NCBI GenBank assembly: GCA_002453155.1
Contig: DKGG01000055.1
Location: 5,271-69,270, forward strand
Origin: Bdellovibrionaceae bacterium UBA6776
Lineage (GTDB): Bacteria > Bdellovibrionota > Bdellovibrionia > Bdellovibrionales > UBA1609
Length of the DNA: 64,000 bases
Reading direction: 5' to 3'
The notes beneath the pieces were generated by a model. It was given only the letters and a program-made list of their open reading frames with translations, had not been told where the DNA came from and did no database searches. How positions within the stretch are numbered: position 1 is the first letter of the stretch; every line of letters starts with the position of its first letter. Shown in pieces: positions 8,465-16,424 of this stretch. The translations under genes and the position numbers were made by a program.

Positions 8465-9684
8465 TGCAAATTCAAACTCAGGGTTTCTCCCAGCAAGGTT
8501 CTTCTGGCAAAGAAGAAGCTTTTGAGGCGTCTTGGAAAAAGGCGCTTCAAGGGGATTTTGCAAACATCGATTTGCTGCGCAGCACTTTGCCCGCGGTTCA
8601 AGAGCGGGCAGCTCAGGTCCGCAATCAATTTAAAGACAGTGTATTTGTTGGAATCGGTGGCAGTTTTTGGACGCCGTTTGCATTGCAGACCTATTTTGGG
8701 GAAGGCGCGGCTCATCGCCTTCATTTTTTAGACCAGCCCAATTCGCTGTATGTGAATCAAATTTTGAAACGCATCTCGGACCCTTCAAAGGTTCATTTTA
8801 CCTTTGTCTCTAAAAGTGGTTCAACGTTGGAAACGGTGGCCCTTTATTCCGCATTAAAAAGTTTAGAGTCTCAGTGGGGTTATGATTTAAATTCTCAGTC
8901 CACGGTGATTTGCAGTCCTGGAAATGGAGTTCTTCAGACCTGGTCGCAAGACAAACAGATTCCTCAATTGGAAATTCCTTTGGGCGTGGGGGGACGATTT
9001 TCTGCCTTCAGTGCGGTGGGAACCTTTCCATTGTTGCTTTTAAATCGCTCCGTCGAAGACTTTTTTGCGGGGGCAGAAAAGGCGCGCTCTGAAAAAGCGC
9101 ACATTGAAAGTCTTTGTAAGTATTCTTTGTCCAGTTTTGAAAACAATTTTTGGATCACTCAATTATGGACCTATTCCCAATCCTTGATGCCTGTGGCTCA
9201 GTGGTGGATGCAATTGTGGTCCGAGTCCTTGGCGAAAAAGAATGGAGTGCGTGTCAGCACTCCAATGGTTTGTTGTGGTCCTCGAGATCACCACTCGACC
9301 TTTCAGCAATTGATGGAAGGGGAAAAGGACAAAGCGATCTTTGTTTTACAAGACATTGGTCGAGAGCGAGAACACCTTTCGTTGGATCCTTTGCTGGCGG
9401 AGTCCTTGGGTGCTTCCGCTGTGGATTGGGATTTAGAAAATATTTTGCAAGCCAGTGTGGAAGGGTTTTGCGGAGCCTTAGAAAGTCGAGACATTCCTGT
9501 TTTGAAAATGGCTTTGGATTTTTCAAAACTTTCTGCGTGGGGTGAGTTCTTGATGAGTTGGCAGTTGGCCATTGCACAAATGGGTCATTATCTTGGAGTT
9601 AATCCTTTTGACCAGCCGGGAGTTGAAACCGGAAAGATCTTGGCGCGTCAGTACCTAAAGTCTATGAAATCGAAAGAAAGTTGA
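8461..9684 (+). CDS. pgi: Glucose-6-phosphate isomerase (short type)
   Basis: FVGIGGS and FTFVSKSGSTLET SIS-domain motifs plus the GGRFSAFSAVG motif. The start overlaps the upstream stop (ATGA). Confidence 0.85.
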   Translation: MMQIQTQGFSQQGSSGKEEAFEASWKKALQGDFANIDLLRSTLPAVQERAAQVRNQFKDSVFVGIGGSFWTPFALQTYFGEGAAHRLHFLDQPNSLYVNQILKRISDPSKVHFTFVSKSGSTLETVALYSALKSLESQWGYDLNSQSTVICSPGNGVLQTWSQDKQIPQLEIPLGVGGRFSAFSAVGTFPLLLLNRSVEDFFAGAEKARSEKAHIESLCKYSLSSFENNFWITQLWTYSQSLMPVAQWWMQLWSESLAKKNGVRVSTPMVCCGPRDHHSTFQQLMEGEKDKAIFVLQDIGREREHLSLDPLLAESLGASAVDWDLENILQASVEGFCGALESRDIPVLKMALDFSKLSAWGEFLMSWQLAIAQMGHYLGVNPFDQPGVETGKILARQYLKSMKSKES

Positions 9685-9717
9685 GTCCATTTTCGAAGGC
9701 GTTTATCCTGATTTGGC

Positions 9718-10653
9718 ATGGTAGATGACGACGATGATGTAAAAGACATATCTGATAAAACCAGCGTGCTTCCCAGTGACACGTTTAAGCTTCGTCTTGC
9801 GGAAGCGGGGCAAGCTCCGCCCGCAATGGTTTTGTTGGTCGGGCCCGCGTCCAGCGTGGGACGTCAGTGGCCCATTGAAGATCCAGATATTGTGATTGGT
9901 CGTTCGCCCAATGCAAAAATCTTTGTGGATGATCGCAGTGTCAGTAAGTTCCATGCAAAGTTGGTTTTGTCCGGTGGCGATGTTTCTTTGATGGATTTGG
10001 AATCCACCAATAAAACCTTTGTGAATGGAAAACTGATCCCTCCGTTGCAGCCGATTAAATTGCAAAACAATGATCAGATCAAAACTGGAAATATTATTTT
10101 TAAGTTCCTCGAGCGGGGAAGCATTGAAACGGTGGCTTCGGCTCAAGCTTTTGATCGGGCCTTGACGGATGCGCTGACAGAGATTGCAAACCGAGGCGCC
10201 TTGGAGGCCAAAGCGCCTGAGTTTTTTAAACGCGCTTCACTTCTTGGTTTTCCTTTGAGCCTTCTTATTTTTGACATCGATAAATTCAAGTTGGTGAATG
10301 ATACCCATGGTCATCCGGCCGGAGATTATGTCCTTAAGGAAGTGGCGAAGGTTGTTAAGAACAAGCTGATCCGCGGAAACGACTTTTTTGCCCGCGCTGG
10401 AGGTGAGGAATTTTGTTTGCTTCTGGCAGGAAGTGAGCTGAAACAGGCCGAGGAAGTGGCTGAGCGGATTCGAGCCACCATTGAAGCTCAAAAATTTGTA
10501 TTTGAAGGGACACACATTCCCATCACAATTTCAGTGGGAGTTGCGGGATACGATCCTTCGGACTCCAACTGGACAGAAATCTATGAACGCGCGGATAAGG
10601 CACTGTATCACTCAAAAAACAGTGGGCGCAATTGCGTCTCTGTCTCCAGTTAA
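9718..10653 (+). CDS. FHA-domain diguanylate cyclase (DgcB-like architecture)
   Basis: FHA domain: IGRSPNAKIFVDDRSVSKFHAKL..STNKTFVNG. GGDEF domain: FDIDKFKLVNDTHGH, RAGGEEFCLLL, I-site RGND. Acidic Ser/Thr-containing N-terminal tail. Confidence 0.85.
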   Translation: MVDDDDDVKDISDKTSVLPSDTFKLRLAEAGQAPPAMVLLVGPASSVGRQWPIEDPDIVIGRSPNAKIFVDDRSVSKFHAKLVLSGGDVSLMDLESTNKTFVNGKLIPPLQPIKLQNNDQIKTGNIIFKFLERGSIETVASAQAFDRALTDALTEIANRGALEAKAPEFFKRASLLGFPLSLLIFDIDKFKLVNDTHGHPAGDYVLKEVAKVVKNKLIRGNDFFARAGGEEFCLLLAGSELKQAEEVAERIRATIEAQKFVFEGTHIPITISVGVAGYDPSDSNWTEIYERADKALYHSKNSGRNCVSVSS

Positions 10654-10792
10654 AACGTTCGCGGGCGCATTTATCGCGATTTGTTGATCTGCGCGGAGCT
10701 GTGACGCTAGACCCCTTTTCAGAGAAACTTAAGTTTTTGTTTCCCCGTGGACATCGCTATAATAGAACTTTGTGAAACCTGTGAGGTGGAGA

Positions 10793-11938
10793 ATGGAATC
10801 TTCCAAAAATCGAATCGATTGGGTCCCCACATTGTTTTTGACACTCAGTCCTTTGGTGAGTGTGGGCCTGCTCATTTACTTCTTCAAATTTGAACAATTT
10901 CATTTTGGTTATGTCCTCTTGTTTTTGTTCTTCTACGTGAGCACCTTGGTGTCGATCACAGCGGGATATCACCGTTTGTTTTCCCACCGGGCCTATGAGG
11001 CTCACTGGGCCCTGCGATTGTTCTTTGCGCTTTTTGGTGCAGGGGCATTTCAGCAATCCATTTTAAAGTGGTCGGGGGATCATCGCATCCACCATCGTTT
11101 TGTGGATACGGATAAAGATCCCTACAACATCAATCGTGGATTTTGGTATGCACACATGTTGTGGATGTTTGTGGATGATGGTCGTCGGGATGAGCCGGGG
11201 TATGACCGTTACAGCATGGATTTGAAGCGAGATCCTATGGTGGTTTGGCAAGACAAGTACTATGTGCCCTTGGCCATCTTTATGGGCTTTTTGCTTCCAG
11301 GAATTATTGGATTTTTTATGGGAAGCTTTCTGGGCGGTTTGCTGTTTGGAGGATTTCTTCGAATAGTGATTGGTCATCATGTGACTTTCTTTATCAATTC
11401 TTTGTGTCACATGTGGGGTCGACAAACTTACACGGACACCAACACGGCAAAAGACAGTTTTCTGATGGCCATTTTTACTTTTGGTGAGGGCTATCATAAT
11501 TTTCACCATTACTTTCACAACGACTATCGAAATGGTGTGAAGTGGTACAACTACGATCCTACAAAATGGGCGATTCGAGTGGCTCAAGGATTGGGGTTGG
11601 CAAATAAACTTCATCGAGTTTCAAAAGTTGAAATCGAAAAGGCCCGAATGGCCATGGTGGAAAAGCGCATTCAAATGGCGTCTCATCCCAAGATGGAAAA
11701 CTTTTTGGAGCGTCTCCAAGTTCTTCGCGAAAAGTGGGAAGAGTGCGGAGTTGCTTTTGAAAAGAAGAAAGCGGAATACCTTGAACTTCGCCGTCAAAAG
11801 GTGGAGCGACGTTGCCAAGAGCGTGAAGAGCGCATGCGCACCTTGAAAAAGGAGCTCCGTTTGGCGCGCAGAGAAATGCGTCGCGCACTCAGTCAGTGGA
11901 AGGCCGAATCTCTCGGCGTCCGCCAACTCCTCGCCTAA
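10793..11938 (+). CDS. Acyl-CoA (delta-9-type) fatty-acid desaturase with C-terminal coiled-coil extension
   Basis: Three His boxes (HRLFSHR, HRIHHRF, HNFHHYF) and N-terminal TM helices. Track ORF starts at GTG 10772; ATG 10793 follows GAGGTGGAG. Confidence 0.85.
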   Translation: MESSKNRIDWVPTLFLTLSPLVSVGLLIYFFKFEQFHFGYVLLFLFFYVSTLVSITAGYHRLFSHRAYEAHWALRLFFALFGAGAFQQSILKWSGDHRIHHRFVDTDKDPYNINRGFWYAHMLWMFVDDGRRDEPGYDRYSMDLKRDPMVVWQDKYYVPLAIFMGFLLPGIIGFFMGSFLGGLLFGGFLRIVIGHHVTFFINSLCHMWGRQTYTDTNTAKDSFLMAIFTFGEGYHNFHHYFHNDYRNGVKWYNYDPTKWAIRVAQGLGLANKLHRVSKVEIEKARMAMVEKRIQMASHPKMENFLERLQVLREKWEECGVAFEKKKAEYLELRRQKVERRCQEREERMRTLKKELRLARREMRRALSQWKAESLGVRQLLA

Positions 11939-12259
11939 CGCATCCCGCCCAGAAAAAGGTGCCAGGCACCAAAATCTGCACCCGGTGCGTTAAGTGTGGA
12001 GAAGTGCTGCCGGAGGCCTGTTTAGAACTTTGACAGGATCATTGTAGCACTGGGCTTTTCGCTGAAGCGGTGTCATCTCGACACTGATTTTTATTCAAGG
12101 CCCATCCAGCTCGCCCTCAGTCTTGGTCTCCATCTTGCTCTAAGGAAGAGCAGGGGATGGAAGGCAGAGATTCAAAACTCGTCTCAGATTTTTTCAACAA
12201 ATCTTCCAGTTTTATTAACCGACAGAGACCATACGAAGGTCTTATTGGGGGTCAGATCA

Positions 12260-12871
12260 ATGACTATGAGAACGGAAGAACAACTCATAGAAGGGATTAA
12301 GAAAGGAAATAAGGAAGATTTCTCATTCTTAATAGATAACTACCAGCTTTACGCTTTGAAGGTGGCGTATCGCTTTACCAAGGACAAAGCCTTAGCCGAA
12401 GATGTGGTGCAGGAGTCTTTTATCAAGGTTTACCGCAAGCTCAATCTTTTCGAAGGCCGCTCCTCTTTCAAATCTTGGTTTACACGAATTCTTCTGAACA
12501 CGTGTAAGAACCGGATGCGAAAAAACAGTCGAGAATCTTTGGGACTCGACACTCCAAAGCCTTCGAAAGTACAAGGGCCGGAAGCTTCGATGATTCACTT
12601 GGACATTGGGGAGATGCTCAAACGAGAAATCGATCTTCTTCCGGAAAAACAAAAGCAGGCTCTCATGCTTCGAGTGTACGAAGATTTGAGTTTTAAAGAA
12701 GTCGCTGAGGTGATGGAAAGCCCTTACGACACAGCAAAAGCCAATTACAGGCACGCTCTTATGAAACTGAGAGAGAAGTTCGAGTCCTGTGATCTGTTGA
12801 AGTCTTGGATGATTGAAAGCAATACCTCTTCGGGCCACTGGCTTGGAGAAATCATGGAGGTGGACGTATGA
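12260..12871 (+). CDS. ECF-type RNA polymerase sigma-70 family factor
   Basis: Region 2 DVVQESFIKVYRKL..FKSWFTRIL and region 4 LSFKEVAEVMESPYDTAKANYRHAL. The start could be TTG 12245 or ATG 12260. Confidence 0.8.
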   Translation: MTMRTEEQLIEGIKKGNKEDFSFLIDNYQLYALKVAYRFTKDKALAEDVVQESFIKVYRKLNLFEGRSSFKSWFTRILLNTCKNRMRKNSRESLGLDTPKPSKVQGPEASMIHLDIGEMLKREIDLLPEKQKQALMLRVYEDLSFKEVAEVMESPYDTAKANYRHALMKLREKFESCDLLKSWMIESNTSSGHWLGEIMEVDV

Positions 12872-13152
12872 ACGAAGATGTGGATTGGTGGTGGATCGAT
12901 TACCTGGAAGGGGAGTTGGATCCCACAACAGAGCCGGACATTGAATTTCTCTTGGAGAAAAGTGCCACAGATCAAAAAAACTTTGAGTCGTGGAAGCTTT
13001 TAAAAACTTGGGTGAAAGAGGTGGATCCTGCCAAGGAAACTCAATGGGCGTCTCAAGAGTTGGGAACCATGAAATCTGAGATTTTAAAAACCTTAACCTC
13101 ATCGAGTCAGGGACTCAGTGAGTCGTCTCATGTCACCACTCGGGTCTTTTGA
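12868..13152 (+). CDS. Putative anti-sigma factor (small, no TM segment)
   Basis: ATGA overlap with the ECF sigma gene. N-terminal W..YLEGELD motif is typical of anti-sigma N-terminal domains. Assignment is by position and this weak motif only. Confidence 0.45.
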   Translation: MNEDVDWWWIDYLEGELDPTTEPDIEFLLEKSATDQKNFESWKLLKTWVKEVDPAKETQWASQELGTMKSEILKTLTSSSQGLSESSHVTTRVF

Positions 13153-14169
13153 ATCTTTCAGAGATAGAATATGTTCCATAAAAACATTCAAATCTCTCTT
13201 CGAAAGATCGAAGAGGGATTGAAAGTCCGACAAATCTGAAACGTAGGTGTTGTAGCTCATAAGAATTGCGTTGTTCAGATTCTCTTTGGCGAAGCCGTCG
13301 TAACTGGAAGTTTTCATTTTTGGTTTCAATTTTAAAGTGTAGTTGTTTTGAATGTCCTTCAGCCGGCTTTCTTTTTCTTTTCGAATCTCCTCAGAAGAGT
13401 GCGTGTTGTACCACTCTTTCAATTGAGCAAGTTCCTCAGAAATAAAATGGGAAAATGCATTCAAATCCAATTGTTCCTGATCAATGAGTTTTGCCGTTTT
13501 CGAATCCGAGCCCTCTCTGCTTTGAAAAAACATTTTGGCGCCCTGAACACCGACAAAAGTGGCAAGGCGCTCGTTGAAGTCTGCGGCATTCTTTAAATAG
13601 ATGGTCGTGTGAGTCAGTTCATGAATGATCACTTCCACCAAATCTTGGTCTGAGTATTTGAGCATGGGAGAAGTGAGGGGATCTTTAAACCAACCCAAAG
13701 TGGAATAGGCCTTCACTCCTCGAACCCAGGTGTCGTATTCCTCCGGAGGAAATTTCGCCGCTTCTTCTTGGGCCATTTCTTTGATGAAGTATCCTTTGTA
13801 GGGAACGGCACCTATAAATGGGAAGCTCCATTTGTAAGACTTTAACTTGTCGGCATAGGCGACCTGCACCACATAAGTGACCGCATCGCGATCCAGTGCC
13901 ACAAAGCTTTCGTAGTTGCCGTTGGATTTTAAACCTAAAGATGTCTCGGCAAAATCTTTGGCTTCTTTTGCCAAAGTCAATTTGGTCTTTTGATTTTCGT
14001 TGAGAGTGTCGGATTTCAAAACTTTTTCAATGTCTGTTCGGGACCAGAGAATCTTTCCTTGATGATAGCCCGTATGAATGTAGTAACCCAGTTGGCATCC
14101 GGTGGAAAAGATCAAGAGAGGGGCGAAGAAAAACGCCATCCACCATCTTGAAGGGAAAGATTTTTTCAT
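13099..14169 (-). CDS. Putative zinc aminopeptidase lipoprotein (HExxH)
   Basis: Track ORF 13099..14190, with start moved to ATG 14169 (GAGGAA RBS, no overlap with the upstream gene). Lipobox LIFSTGC and IIHELTHTT metal motif. Confidence 0.7.
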   Translation of the reverse strand: MKKSFPSRWWMAFFFAPLLIFSTGCQLGYYIHTGYHQGKILWSRTDIEKVLKSDTLNENQKTKLTLAKEAKDFAETSLGLKSNGNYESFVALDRDAVTYVVQVAYADKLKSYKWSFPFIGAVPYKGYFIKEMAQEEAAKFPPEEYDTWVRGVKAYSTLGWFKDPLTSPMLKYSDQDLVEVIIHELTHTTIYLKNAADFNERLATFVGVQGAKMFFQSREGSDSKTAKLIDQEQLDLNAFSHFISEELAQLKEWYNTHSSEEIRKEKESRLKDIQNNYTLKLKPKMKTSSYDGFAKENLNNAILMSYNTYVSDLSDFQSLFDLSKRDLNVFMEHILSLKDSKDPSGDMRRLTESLTR

Positions 14170-14177
14170 GAAGTTCC

Positions 14178-14768
14178 TCAGAACATCCAAGAAAGACCAG
14201 CGCGTCCCGCATAGTCGATGGAGTCTTTGCGATCAGAGCCGTCGGCATTCTTGTCATCCGGTGGACTGGTCCAAGCGTCCACACCAAGTTTTAAAGAAAG
14301 GCTCTTAGACAATAGAATTTTTAAGCCCACACCGGCACTGGGAACAATTCCTGTTTGAGTTTTGATCAAGCGCCGACCGGTCAGTTCGTCTTCCAAAAAA
14401 ATGCTCTTGTCCACATATCCCGCGCCGAATTTCAAATAGGGTTGAATCAGATCTTCTTTTCCGGCCAAGGACAAAACCAGATCTGCACTGGTCATAGAGA
14501 ATTGTGCAATTTGAATGCGTTGAATTTCGCCCACACCATCGGCCTTCGTCGACAATTTCCCAAGGCCGTAAGTGTAACTGAATTCAATCGCAGAGCGGTC
14601 CCAAAAGTAATAGGACATGGAGCCGGTGTAAGAAGTTGTATCTGAGTAGTTGTTTTCATCAATGGAGTTTCGCCGGTAATTGACCGACGCTCCAATTTCT
14701 AAAAATCCAGCGAAGGCAGAGGTAGAAAAGACAAGAAGAGCCAAGGCAAACGGAGCAACTTTAAGCAT
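14178..14768 (-). CDS. Outer-membrane beta-barrel protein (small porin/OmpA-like barrel)
   Basis: Signal peptide MLKVAPFALALLVFSTSAFA, alternating amphipathic beta-strand pattern, and C-terminal aromatic residue (..LSWMF). Confidence 0.65.
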   Translation of the reverse strand: MLKVAPFALALLVFSTSAFAGFLEIGASVNYRRNSIDENNYSDTTSYTGSMSYYFWDRSAIEFSYTYGLGKLSTKADGVGEIQRIQIAQFSMTSADLVLSLAGKEDLIQPYLKFGAGYVDKSIFLEDELTGRRLIKTQTGIVPSAGVGLKILLSKSLSLKLGVDAWTSPPDDKNADGSDRKDSIDYAGRAGLSWMF

Positions 14769-14803
14769 CCTTTAATAATATCAAAGAAATTTGTGATGTA
14801 CGC

Positions 14804-15631
14804 TTAAAAACCCGAAGGACCAGCCATTGGCAGAGGATCAAAAATCACATTGAACTCATAGTACAAATGAATGAGTCCATCCTCCGAATTCACTAGACCT
14901 TGCGGAGGGTTCACAAAGGGTGTGGCCAGACGAAAGGCTTTGTAAGTGGCCTCATCCAGAGCTTGAATTCCACTGGAGTTGTGAATCAGGGAGCTGAAGT
15001 AATTTCCTTCCTGATCCAAGAGAATTTCGATGACGGTTCGTTTGTTGGAGTTGGAAATTCTGCGCAACTGTTCGGCGGGCAATCGATAAAGATAGTTTTT
15101 AACCAGACTCACCCATCGATAACTGATCTGTTCATTGATGCGATTGTAAAAGGTGTAATAGGTCAATTGATCGGTATTTAAGGAATTGAAAGATCCCTCT
15201 TTGATTCCAGGAACTCTTTCTGCAAATTGAGAAGAGCCAATGGCCATGTTTCTTAAATTCTCGGGGATCTTTGTGTTGGCATTGCTGGAAGGATCAAAGG
15301 TGAAATTGGGTTGAGGACGTTGGGGTTTTCCGCCATTCTTTGTTTTCACGCCACGATGGGCTCGAACCTGTTCCTTCACGCGGCGAGTGAGATTGGAAAG
15401 GAATTGAGCCTTGTCCTTGAGTTTTTCCTCGATTTTTTCTTCTTTGGTCTCTTCCACTTTTCCGACGATGTAGCGGGAAGGTTCACCCTCTTTGATTTCA
15501 ATCTCCACTTGATCGGAAGGATTGAAGTTGGTCTGAGGAGTCGCCAGATAGATGAGGGCCCACAGAAGGGCTCCATGTAGGGTGAGACTGAAAATAAACG
15601 CCAGAAGCGAACGGTCTTCGCTGATTCTCAT
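14804..15631 (-). CDS. TonB-like energy-transducer family protein
   Basis: N-terminal TM anchor (LLAFIFSLTLHGALLWALIYL), charged E/K linker, and a C-terminal TonB-C-like region (..EILLDQEGNYFSSLIHNSSGIQALDEATYKAFRLATPF..). Confidence 0.6.
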   Translation of the reverse strand: MRISEDRSLLAFIFSLTLHGALLWALIYLATPQTNFNPSDQVEIEIKEGEPSRYIVGKVEETKEEKIEEKLKDKAQFLSNLTRRVKEQVRAHRGVKTKNGGKPQRPQPNFTFDPSSNANTKIPENLRNMAIGSSQFAERVPGIKEGSFNSLNTDQLTYYTFYNRINEQISYRWVSLVKNYLYRLPAEQLRRISNSNKRTVIEILLDQEGNYFSSLIHNSSGIQALDEATYKAFRLATPFVNPPQGLVNSEDGLIHLYYEFNVIFDPLPMAGPSGF

Positions 15632-15811
15632 CGTCTAATAAATTAACAGTCCGTGCCTCTGGATTCAACAAGTCCTTGAAGAGTGTAAAAAAAGTAAAAT
15701 ATCTAAGCCTCTAAAAATACGAAGCTTTTTCAAACCTGGACCTGTTCCATATCGAGAAACGGTTAAAGTTGAGACAAAGCCGGCCCGATAAGTTTTCATC
15801 GGGGAGGGTTC

Positions 15812-16327
15812 ATGGCGAACACAAATATCATCGAGTTTAAAGCTCGAAATTCGAAGAATAAATCCAAGGATTCAAAAAAGGCGAAGGGCCAATCTGCAGA
15901 GGTTGTGGACATCGTTGGACGCAGAGAAGAGATGATTCAAAATGAACGACGAATCACAAAGCGCACCATCTTAAGCGAATTCATTGGAGCTTATGCAGTG
16001 ATTCCGGGCAAGGGACTGATCAAAGTATCGATGTACGACATTTCAGATGATGGTCTTTCTTTTGATACAGAATCTTCGCAAGGGCACTTCCACTTGGGAG
16101 AAGAAATCGCCATGCGTGTCTACTTGAACCAAAAAAGCTACTTCCCTTTTGTTGTTCGACTGCAGAACTTGCGTGAAGTTTCTGAAGATGGAGTTTACCG
16201 CCACGGTGTGAATTTCGTCAAAGAAACGGTGAATGAAGAGGCTCTTCATCACTTTGTGAAGTTCATCGAATCTGTAAGCACCAGTCTTGAAAGTGATGAA
16301 GGCGATCTTAAAGCATCGATCTCTTGA
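15812..16327 (+). CDS. PilZ-domain protein (putative c-di-GMP receptor)
   Basis: RRITKR (RxxxR) and DISDDGLSF (DxSxxG) motifs at PilZ spacing. Lys-rich N-terminal tail. GGGGAGGG RBS. Confidence 0.7.
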   Translation: MANTNIIEFKARNSKNKSKDSKKAKGQSAEVVDIVGRREEMIQNERRITKRTILSEFIGAYAVIPGKGLIKVSMYDISDDGLSFDTESSQGHFHLGEEIAMRVYLNQKSYFPFVVRLQNLREVSEDGVYRHGVNFVKETVNEEALHHFVKFIESVSTSLESDEGDLKASIS

Positions 16328-16424
16328 TTCGGTGACTCCAAAAAAGACGTATACAATCTAAAAAATATGAGTTCGAATATTCTTGAGGGCATTTGTATGA
16401 AGCTCCGGGAGGGTGTTCGAACTT

